Assembly (NCBI GenBank): GCA_964035545.1 | Contig: OZ037765.1 | Coordinates: 33,789,504-33,853,503 of the forward strand | Length of the DNA: 64,000 nucleotides | From: Bugula neritina | Lineage: Eukaryota; Animalia; Bryozoa | Reading direction: 5' to 3' | Part shown: in pieces, positions 55,001-64,000 of the stretch | Numbering within the stretch: position 1 is the first letter of the stretch | Layout: each line of letters opens with the position of its first letter | Notes under the pieces: model-generated | The model's input: the letters and a program-made list of their open reading frames with translations, nothing else | The model's database searches: none | What the model was told of the DNA's origin: nothing | Position numbers and translations under genes: made by a program

Positions 55001-56615
55001 ACACAAGCAGGCCCACGCAGGGGTCAAGCGAGTGATATCCAAATTACGACTCCGGTGGTATTGGCCACAGATGGAGCGTGACGTCCGGCTCAGAGTCAAA
55101 CAGTGTGAGATCTGCCAGGCCAGTAAGCATAGCCGCCCCCCTGGTGAAGCAGGACGGCGGAGGCTATATGCTGGTAGGCCCTGGCAAGTAGTCGCTGTAG
55201 ACCTGGTCGGACCCATGCCCCTGACCCCCAGAGGAAATAATTGGATCCTAGTACTAACCGACCACTTTACTAGGTGGGCGGATGCTCTGGCTATTCCAGA
55301 TGCATCAGCCCCAACAGTGGCCAGGGCGCTAGACCAACATGTATTCTGTTATTTTGGGCTTCCCGAACAGATACACTCTGATCAAGGCGCTCAATTCCAG
55401 TCTCAACTGATGAGCGACCTTTGCCGCCTCTGGGGAGTAAATCAGAGCAGGACCACCCCCTACCACCCTCAAGGTAACGGGGTGGTGGAGCGCAACAACC
55501 GGATGCTAGGTGATGCACTCCGGAGTCTCCTCCTTGGACGAGGTCAAGAGGAATGGGATACGGTGTTGCCGCAAGTCATGCGTGCATACCGTAGCACCCC
55601 ACACACCAGTACTGGTGAGACCTCAAACCTCTTGATGCTCGGGAGAGAGACTCGTGTCCCTGACCATCTCACCTATCACGTTCCAGAGCAAGATAACTCA
55701 GTACACGAGTATGCCAGTGAACTAGTGGAACGGATGAAGGCCGCACACGATATACTGCGCCAACAGCAGTGGAAGGTGCGGCACGAAGATTCCGATGAAC
55801 CCCCTCTCTATCAAACGGGAGATAAGGTGTGGATGGTCAATTACCGTAGGCGCCGCGGACAGGCTGATAAGCTGAAGCCTAGGTTCGTAGGCCCCTACGT
55901 GGTCGTCGAGGCTATGCCCAATCATACGTACAAGATTGAGCGCTCAGGACAGGTGTCTATCCAGAATGAGTCTCGCTTGAAACCGTATTGGGCTAGCCCC
56001 GGCGGAGTGGGAGAAGCCCCCCCGTTGTTAGAGCCCAGGAGGCAAACAACAACGCGCGGGCGACGGCGGCATGGACCTGAATACGAAGTGGTCATACCGC
56101 GGGAAGAAAACTTGGTGAGGGAGGAGCGGCAGCTTTTGTCAACAGAAGCGTGTCCGCCACCGCCAAGTCTAATTCCATCACTTCCAGAAACCGAGCCGGT
56201 TCCGGAAGTGCAAACCCCCACGGAGGGAGGGGCTCCATCCGGAGAACAAGAAGAGGTGACCGCTAACGGTGAAGTAGAGACGCCATTAGAGGCCCCTACT
56301 AACGAACCGGCAAGCGTGTCACCCCCCCTAGAAAGGGGACAGCGTACGAGGCAACCCCCCGCATACTTGAAGGACTTCGTATGTGACTGCGTTAAAAGCG
56401 GCACACATGAAAGTCTAGGGGAAAATCGTACGAGAAAAGAATCGAGCAAATGTGGGAGTTGTCAACACCACGGAAATATCAACTTTTGTATCGGCGGAAA
56501 TAGAAACAAAATTCATCCGCCGGGTGCACAAAGTCTTAATCACGCACCCCAACCACGTTGCTCGATCTTTTCATACGCTGATGCAGTCAGGAGTAGACGT
56601 GTTTCTAAGCAGTAG
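52044..56615 (+). CDS. pol: Gypsy Pol polyprotein (protease, RT, RNase H, integrase)
   Basis: FLIDSGC protease, YLDD RT, TDAS RNase H, HHCC plus DDE integrase (VDLVG, HSDQG, VERNN); uninterrupted ORF. Confidence 0.96.
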   Translation, partial: VKLPRPADVPTFRGPTMKPPGKKKRRSPRRVPRTGNQQWQQPRRTSKGLRPAAAFSMPLHNRFTGLQVQESGWEPTKVAENLASAPPRPTYHRPKRPPSRPKAREVLPARVRPEGRVQVQPHGNSYFLPGKLEGKAVTFLIDSGCTTNLLSRQLFDTLSTRVRGEMEAYEGEYGTLADGSCLPFYGIIELTGRVRDQTIQETFIVSQLKEDAILGMPFLKRHGCHIDFSRSAMMMSGRELACVDKFGRPLVGGVQVVRNRIIPGRSRATIHCRVNSSRISGLGVVEGAHEKIQLASSLNQLTEQGEILVQCVNPFTEPIKLPAGSMLGRFHSVQEGDVGPSLGDATEAPPQCPIQGRGAVPTHLRELYETASGGGASNKESQAMAKLLRDYGDVFSSGEQDVGLTGIVRHEIPLTAGTVPVRQPTRRLGPEKEKEVSRQVRDLLDRGLIEPAHSACSSPVVLVRKKDGSWRFCVDYRKLNSVTIQDAYPLPRIDESLDALAGSKYFSTLDLLSGYWQVPLSPDAQEKAAFITRDGLWKWKVLPFGLTSAPATFQRLMKQVLSGLHWKTLLVYLDDVIVISPDFETHVSRLQEVFERLRGAGLKLKPSKCALLQPEVKYLGHVVGRNGVATDPEKVRAVEDWVTPQDLTGLRAFLGLVGYYRQYIPDFAGIAQPLNRLTAKGVTWQWTPVEQEAFDRLKVCLLTAPILAYPDPTLEYILDTDASDQNVGAVLSQVQEGREAVVAYYSKSLSPAERNYCTTRKELLAVIKSVKHFRPYLYGRKFRLRTDHASLIWLCRRAEPSSQVARWLEILAEFSYRIEHRPGKRHSNADGLSRRPDGGCKQCLNIERRDAGPPRYELETLAQHGAPFDWDQGQLRQRVDESPEDVQNLRANPVLAGNVRELKKLQEELPGVVADIYRAKREGRRPSEERIRQGCAEFRLYCQRWDSLRIGQDGLLTISLAASGRHPERKRVVCPTAIRRELIWDTHKQAHAGVKRVISKLRLRWYWPQMERDVRLRVKQCEICQASKHSRPPGEAGRRRLYAGRPWQVVAVDLVGPMPLTPRGNNWILVLTDHFTRWADALAIPDASAPTVARALDQHVFCYFGLPEQIHSDQGAQFQSQLMSDLCRLWGVNQSRTTPYHPQGNGVVERNNRMLGDALRSLLLGRGQEEWDTVLPQVMRAYRSTPHTSTGETSNLLMLGRETRVPDHLTYHVPEQDNSVHEYASELVERMKAAHDILRQQQWKVRHEDSDEPPLYQTGDKVWMVNYRRRRGQADKLKPRFVGPYVVVEAMPNHTYKIERSGQVSIQNESRLKPYWASPGGVGEAPPLLEPRRQTTTRGRRRHGPEYEVVIPREENLVREERQLLSTEACPPPPSLIPSLPETEPVPEVQTPTEGGAPSGEQEEVTANGEVETPLEAPTNEPASVSPPLERGQRTRQPPAYLKDFVCDCVKSGTHESLGENRTRKESSKCGSCQHHGNINFCIGGNRNKIHPPGAQSLNHAPQPRCSIFSYADAVRSRRVSKQ

Positions 56616-56920
56616 TTCAAACCATTTCACACATTCAGTATGTCTTACGACAACAGATCGTGGGGTGAGTTAACTATATCTTAATACGAAACTAGATCGC
56701 ATCGCTCAGCTCTGACTCACTGAGTCAATCGAGCTGGAGATAGGTTAGTGAAATACCGTAGTAAGAACTCTAGAGATTTTTATAATCTCATTGCAATACG
56801 TGTTCTATCTGACTATTCACTACCATTAATCTCTACGAGGTAACTGAATTAGGAGTTGCCAAGCTGCTCAAGCTGACAACACAGCAGTGTACTGTATTAA
56901 CACTGTTGAAACTTTTTCAG

Positions 56921-57708
56921 ATTACACTCGACCCGCTACAACCAGGGTACGGGATAGAACACTTCCCGCTCCGTATCCGGAGGAGTATGCTAGTGGGGAC
57001 AGGCCTGAGCCACTACGCCGCCGTTGGCGGTGGGTGTCTCCACAAACAGAGGAAGAAATAGAAACGGCCTGGGGGTCCAGAGGACGGACGAGATGCCAGA
57101 TCTGTGGTGAAGATTGCGCCTCTCACCGCTCCCTTAAACTACACGTCAATGCTCATCTCCTACTAACATTCTGCCCCTGCGGGTACAATGATGTGTATCC
57201 CTACCCCGTCACCAGACACCGAGCGGCGGGCTGTTTCCCTGGAGAAAACTATGTGGTCGACGCTAAGCTGTACCCGGAGTTCCTCACACTTATACGACCT
57301 CTGGTGAAGAAGGCCATGCTATTAGCCGTTCTGTCCTCGGGGTTCCAACGTGTGTTAGACAACGCCCGCCAACAATCCCCGTTGGTGTCTGACCGCCCGC
57401 AAATTACATACACCCCCGAGGAAACTACATATCCAGAAGAAGGAGAGATCTCCCCTACCCCGGCGAAGAGACGAACCAGGTCCCCCAGTCCACCCTTACG
57501 CCGCAGACGGACACCGTCCCCAGACCCAGTACGACTAGCCACAGTAGAAGAACGCCTCCTACGACTACAAGAAGAGTTCACCCAGCTGGCACCAGATCTA
57601 CTTAACACTACAACAGGACTCTTCCAGCTAAAAGGATCCGTATGCCGTATGAAACGGAAACTGCGTACATGCCAAGCCAAGCACCGACGTGCCCAACAAG
57701 GACTCTAG
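56921..57708 (+). CDS. Gypsy accessory ORF3: zinc finger, Arg/Ser/Pro-rich tract, coiled coil
   Basis: Long ORF between pol and the 3' LTR with CQIC-x12-HVNAH and CPCG..H..C motifs, RTRSPSPPLRRRRTPSP; preceded by acceptor TTTTTCAG; no Env-like signal peptide or TM segment. Confidence 0.75.
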
Positions 57709-60408
57709 TTAGACTACCCGGAGTACTCCAACTCCGCCTCTTGGGAGAGGCCAAGATGTCATGTAAATGTTTGACTGCTTAGCAGGTTATCCCCTGCCTA
57801 ACACCACAGCTAGCTAGTATTCCTCGTCTATCTACAGCTGGCCAATTGTATGCAACGGATCGTTATAATGACTCTGCCTATTATTATGTCTCTTCCTGTA
57901 TATTATGTATTATTTTGTCCACTGATGTATGCAATTACTATTGAATGTTTTTTTTTATATATCAGAAAGATGGCTTTCTGCTGGTGGGGGCGGTGTGGTG
58001 GTTCGTGGAACTACCAGCAGCACAACATGTAGGGTCGCGTAATTGACCCGGAACAATGGATAGCCAATTAGCGTAGTTGATAGTTAGCAGCAATTGTAGT
58101 TTCCCGCTGCTAAGTCAGTCGAAGCTAGAGTGTGAAATAGATTAGATGTGTAACTTGTTTGGAAATAATGTATCGTTTTTGTAATGTATAATTGTGTGTA
58201 AAATATACTCGTTCACTCGACTTATCCTGGTGCAGTTCTATAGTAAATAAATAGACTCTCTGGATAGCACATCAACCCTAAATCGGGAAATCATAACAAT
58301 ATTTGCAAATGACTAAAATGCAGTTACTGCAAACAAAGTTGATTTCTAACCTTCGAATCCATGTCGAAAGAGCAATCAAAAGGATAAAGGAGTTCAATAT
58401 TTTAAATGGTCCCGAAGTGTGAACTTGGTGTTGGCACCTCTATTAGACAAGACTATGATAGTCTGCTGTGCTCTCTGTAATCTGCAGCCATCATTGGTGA
58501 CTGATGAAATTTAGAATTTGAAGTAAAAAATAATGTGTTATTTTTACCTGTGCCATTTTACTAGAAATCTATATCTAGCTTTTATATAATATTCTTGTAA
58601 TTTTCATCATAGCAATAAATAAATTACATTGTTTCCACACTAATATTTCATATATTTATAGTTTATTTGAAAGCTTACGTTGTTTATTGTGGATGTTGAC
58701 TGCTGCAGAAACTGACTACTATTTTCAAAATTTAAAAGGAAAACACATTCTTGGTGCAGAAGTGGCAGAATATGTAATACAATTTTTTTCAAATTGAAGG
58801 TAAGAAATGGGATCATTTTAGCATTCATAAGCTGCACATAATAGCTTATGTGTATATTTATATGGTGTGGACTTGCTATTACTGCTAGCTACAATATTAC
58901 CAGCATGGGTGGTTGATTTAACCTCTTAGTAGTTCCCATGTCTTACATACAATAAAATTCCAGTTGAATAGAATATATACTATTGTAAAGTACAAAACAA
59001 ATGACCAGAATATTTCATATGTTAAACAGAAATTTTGTAATACTACTGTGGATTGGCTACTGTACATTAGCTAGATGTAGGCGGAGCCTACACTATACTC
59101 AGCCATCCAGATGCATATACTAAAGGGCCATTCAAAAACCAGCCAATCAAAGTCATGTACCAAATTCACAGCCGTTTACTACAAGCTTTCAATGCTAAAC
59201 AATAACCCATTCAAGCTGCAACAAAAAATAACTACTAAGCTGGCAGTTATGCAATAATTGGCCTTAAATTGCAAAAGTGTACCAGGTCATTTTTTTGGAC
59301 ATGGAATTTTTAATTGCATTTTATAAACACTTAATTTAGACATTTTAAAAAATCGTTTCAAGAGTCATCAATTTAAGATATGAAATTAAATAATGCATGA
59401 AAAAAAAGTTGCACAACTAGCTTTTAGAAGCATGCATTTTGCAATTGAACTTGCAGAATTTTATATCTGTTACAATGGTAGAACATTGACCTGGTACACT
59501 TTGCTGATTGGCTGAGTTTTACATGGTCTATTGTGAAACCTGGTTAAATAGCTTTACATAAGCAGACCCCCACATTATAGTAAATTGTGGAAATTCACTA
59601 CAATATATGCGTAGACTCCATCGCAGAAGTGACCTCCAACACTCAATAAGTTATCAGCCAGAGTAAAACTCAGTATGTGCTTGTACTGTCCTCCCTGGTA
59701 GACAATGTTTTATGTTAAACTTTCACTAGCTCTGCTCTAACAGTATTTTTATTTGATTTTTAACATCTTCACATATAGTCTGTTATTTTATTAATTAAAT
59801 AGATAAATAATATAATGCTTCAATGTTATGTCAAGTTGAGCCAAGTTTTCTTAAAATATACATAATATCATCTCTTGACTAAGGAGACAAATAATCGAGG
59901 TGTATTACTTATAATATATTTTTTGAGATATTGAACACACAGGATAATATATTATATATAATATATTATAAAGATAGATACACAACTAAAGTACAACAGA
60001 GACAGATAAACCTGAGGCTGTGTTCAGGAAAGAATTGTTTGCCCCCAACCATAATACAAGTTCACAGTCTACACACAATGCAGGCAGTCCAGGTGCAGAA
60101 ATATTCTCAGTAAAGTGTTAGGGCTTTGTTAAAAATGTCACTAGCTTGGATTTATAAGCACTGCATTCAAATCCTAGGAATAAAAGTTAACATAAGATAT
60201 TGTTTATCATTCACAAGTAAGTGGGTGGAGCTTAAAAAGTCAAACCACCTGTCTCATAGTGTCACCTGTAGTGACATGTCATAGTGTCTATATCTAAATT
60301 ACTAGTTAGTCATATACAATAAGTGTGTATATAAGTGTAACCATGTGATTACAGTATGGAGTAGCTGTAGCAGGCTGTTTCACATAAAACTTTGTTTAAT
60401 GTAATGAG

Positions 60409-63400
60409 TTAGTCATCGCTCCTGTAGCCATTGAACCCAGGAAACAGGTAAAGTTTTCTCATATGAGTGAGAGTATCCCAGACTACAACCAACTGCCCTC
60501 CACTCTCAAAATCCCGATCTACACACAGTTTTCTCACTTTAGTCTGCACCTGAGTAACAATTGAAAATGTTTATAAATAAAGATGCAGTCATCAGTTTTA
60601 TAAATTTATAGACTTTTCAATATAGCAAAGTCATGTATGTATTGGTATCTTTTCAAATGACTAACTGGAAGCAACAGCTGTCAGAATGAATATGAAAGGC
60701 AAATTAATTCCTTAATCATTTAGATCATTTATATTACACATACAACAATTGTTCCAGTAATATTTGAGAGATTTGTTTCAGTCTCGAAGAGTAGATTAGG
60801 TTTGGCTGGGAATTTGAAACTGTATGACTTCTAACTCAATGATATCTAATCACCTCAAGACTCTCATTATGTTATACTTAACTCACTCTCTCATACAGTT
60901 AGTAGACATGCATATCCTAGTGTGGTGTAACTTAGTGCATTAAACCTTCAACATGTCTAACTGTACAATACTACATCTATACTGTATAGTGGGTCACACC
61001 TATACCTGTTTGAATATAGTGTAGAGGTCATGGTGACAGGCATGTTTATACATGGAAGATACAAGAGCTCTAATCATTAGAGATCCATACACAGGATGTC
61101 TCTTTGATATGAATGCTACAAGTAAATTGTATTGTAAGAAGATGCAACTTAGAAATAAGACTCTTTACTAACATAAACCAACATCATATATACAGTGTAA
61201 GACGGTGTGTTACTTACACTCCATGCTAGATTTCACTACTAGCAGGTCATCATAGTTCAGTCTATTCATAGCCTCAGCTTTTTCTAATCTAGGAACTTTA
61301 GCAAGTGGAGGTGAGATACTTTCCATCCCCTCCTTTTGTGATTTTCCTATATCAAATCTGTCTATACCTCTATCACCAAAATCACTCCTCTCTGTAAAAG
61401 AGATAACACAACTTATAATTTGATAAAATGATAAATACATTAACTCCAACGCATAGTTTTGTGATTAAATTATAATTTTAGAACAGCTCAAACTTTGGAA
61501 ATACACTGATAGGGTGGTGATACTTTTATTAGAATTGATTAATCTTTTGATATCTTTATCACATATATTATTCAACATTATACATGCCGTTATATTCTAC
61601 TATTAGGAATATCCGCATCAATACTATATTAACGATTTTCAGTATACGACTGTAACTCCTAGAACACTTTTAAGAATGTCCACGCTTCCTGTACTTAATG
61701 CTGCCTGATTTGTCTCCTATTGAACAGGGAGGCGTCCGTGTCAGAGGTCTAGTGAGGCGTCATAAATCATATAGAACAGCGGACTTTGAAAACTTCAGCT
61801 CGGGCACATTGAAAATGGCTGACATTTTACATCACAGCCCACCTTACAGCAAACTGTGTTTAGAGTGTAAAGGGGTACTCGGACCAGTTCAATATTAACT
61901 AAAACTCGGAACATTTTTCATTAAAGGTAAAAGCGAAACTTTATTGAATAAATATCTGGATAATATGTTATGCAAAACGAAACTGTGGAAACAAGAATAG
62001 CATTACCTTTTTGTTGCAATTTTATTAGTTTATTACCTCCACTGCATGTTTCCAGTATAACAACTTTTGGTTTGCCAGCCATTCCTGTGAAATTCAAAGG
62101 GGTCAGAAGGTCATACACATCTGTTAGTTTGACTCGTTTCAGGTCTGTGCCATAGATGTGATTGTTCAGCCCTCCATGAGTCATGATAACCAACACATGA
62201 CATCCCAGATCTGTGTGTTCTTCTTTTTCCACCTCAGATTTTATGGTAGACGGTATTTCCTACATTTGTTTGACATGATGTGACGCAATTTTTATTAGAG
62301 CAGTTTTTGACAATTAATTAAAGCTGTCAAAAATTATTTTTAGATTAAATATGATCATTTTCATCTATTCAACAAAACTGAAGTATCAAACATAAAAAGT
62401 AAAAGACCGATGAAGTTAATTTTGTTTTCAATATTTTTAAAATAAAATACCTCAGCCTTCAAGTCTGTGTGTGTCACAATATCAAACTTGAGAGATTTCA
62501 ACATGGCAGACATATTCTCAACATCTACATCTGAACCTTTTCTACACAAATCTGGTCTCTTATCAAAGTTCATGTTGTTTATTATCAAAGCTCTTCCTCT
62601 TTTTCTGGTCATAGTAAACACCTGAACAGAATATATAACTAGCTACATGTTATATTGACATAGAGGTCATGCAATGCATCTAAACTTGTTGAGTAACAAT
62701 CTGATATTCTAATAACTAGAAACAATGTTTTGAAGTAATTTATTTTACCGTTATTAAACACATGTAATGATTACCCATAGTACATTATAGTACAATTTCT
62801 TCTTCCTGTATACTATCCAACACATTTTATACATGAAATGAAGAATAATATCTACAACTTTGTCAAATGGGAGAATTATTAAATATTAGCATTAGATATG
62901 TAATCACCTTGTCAGTGTTTGAGAACAGCTGCTTTATCTTTGAGTTACTGGTGGGATTCAGTCTGAGTCTTATAAACTTCATCTTTTCAACTTCCTTTCT
63001 ATCAGGGTAGAGATTCTCATCCTCATCAGAGAGATCACTGAGATCTTCATTGGCTATTGCAGAAGTTGTTCCATGATCTGATTGGCTACTGTTTGCAACT
63101 GCAAAGTATAAACATACTGCATTACAAAGGAAAACAAAAGAAACAAGAAATAGCAGACACAGTTTTCTTCTATTGAGGAATAAATATAATTGAAACAGAA
63201 ACTCAATATATTTTAGTTACCAGGTAGAGCTGAGATTTTCTGAGCCCTTCTAACTTTCAGATCTTTTACAAATTCTGTTAACATACAGATTTCTCTGTCC
63301 GACAATGTCTGACCTATACATAACATATTTTTAAATACTTGTAAGTCTCATATTATTGTGGTTCCTTCAAATGATCAAGGGAACACAAAAGTGTGTTACA

Positions 63401-64000
63401 TTCGGTGACAATTTGCCCAACACTCATGCAAGAAGAATATAAAATTTTCAAGCCACCAGACATTGATGTAAGTAAACATACATGGGTATAAAAGTGCACT
63501 TGGAATCTCCTCATTGTTGCACAACGTCATTGAAGATCCGCTACACAGTCTGGTACCTGGTGTGAGATGTTTCATGGAACGAAGACACCACGGAGGATTC
63601 AGCACTTTCTTAGGACAAGGAAGTCCTAGCAGAAGGCAGTGAGCGCAGTAGCATGTAGTGACTGGTCTACTTGCTTTCCAAGTTTCTAGAACATGTCTAA
63701 GGATGTTGTTGTTGGTGGTGATGAGTCTCCCCCACATTCTGCTGATGTTGACAGCATTAGATGACACGTAGAGTGACACTTTTCTAGATTTGTAGTCGTG
63801 TACCAGCTGTGTGTAGATACCATCTTGATAGACATTGGCGCCATTTTTCTTCACTTTAACCACAGCAAATTCATCAGGAAAAGACTCCAACAAACCAACT
63901 GTCATTTGGTGGTAGACATAGTGTGGCAGGGCTAGACCATTGAATTTAGTTTCAACTCGAAGAAGCATATTCTTTGGCGAGGAGTAAGAGGTATCGAAGA
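60409..64000 (-). CDS. ROCO-caspase paralog B: COR C-terminus plus caspase; 5' part beyond the window
   Basis: Exons 63482->64000 (COR, very similar to paralog A), 63221-63313, 62908-63098, 62451-62621 (RGRALIINN..RKGS), 62037-62259 (IMTHG, GKPKVVILETCSG), 61218-61391, 61006-61115 (SKRHPVYGSLMI), 60409-60549 (TLTHMRKLYLFP..*); same intron positions as paralog A. Confidence 0.88.

Larger units (their letters stand above)
50806..58298 (+). mobile_element. Full-length Ty3/Gypsy LTR retrotransposon
   Basis: 305-bp TG...CA LTRs at 50806-51110 and 57994-58298, identical by eye; PBS; G-rich PPT before the 3' LTR; gag, pol (PR-RT-RH-IN) and a third ORF. Confidence 0.97.
50222..58513 (+). pseudogene. 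Decayed DDE_Tnp_4 (Harbinger/ISL2EU) transposase, split by the Gypsy insertion
   Basis: LLALMKLRQG, CIIDCTE, YKKTNTIKYLVAITPRG, GGRASD, MANRGF (normally ADRGF), IPP; resumes after 58298 with LQMT...ISNLRIHVERAIKRIKEFNIL; frameshifts present. Confidence 0.85.
47936..59529 (+). mobile_element. ISL2EU/PIF-Harbinger-like DNA transposon with about 1-kb TIRs, interrupted by a Gypsy element
   Basis: Ends AGACCATGTAAAACTCAGCC / GGCTGAGTTTTACATGGTCT flanked by AT; arms about 47936-48935 and 58530-59529; contains a DDE_Tnp_4-type transposase. Confidence 0.85.

Noticed and set aside
56887-57708. Envelope gene of an errantivirus-like element
   Set aside because: No signal peptide, fusion peptide or transmembrane anchor; zinc-finger and basic composition instead.

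Overview
AT-rich, intron-rich animal (invertebrate-like) genomic DNA. Left half: a novel signal-peptide gene (-), TXNDC17 (-) head-to-head with tektin-1 (+), NAA35/MAK10 (-) tail-to-tail with tektin, and an uncharacterised basic-protein gene (+). Many introns are filled with minisatellites. Right half: two tandem minus-strand paralogs of a ROCO-caspase fusion. The more complete copy reads LRR - Roc GTPase - COR - acidic linker - caspase p20/p10 and keeps the His/Cys dyad; the other shows only COR through caspase before the window edge. Its LRRs come from tandem 144-nt symmetric exon cassettes that vary mostly at predicted ligand-facing positions, suggesting a one-chain sensor/switch/protease immune or death receptor. 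About 15 kb of transposons lie between the paralogs: a Sola2-like foldback element and an ISL2EU/Harbinger-like element interrupted by a young Gypsy with a -1 frameshift signal and an extra zinc-finger ORF. Also found: a foldback element with a 9-bp TSD, a tRNA-derived SINE, and a Penelope-type hairpin with a minimal hammerhead ribozyme motif. Exon models were built by hand from GT/AG sites and phase; no database searches were run.
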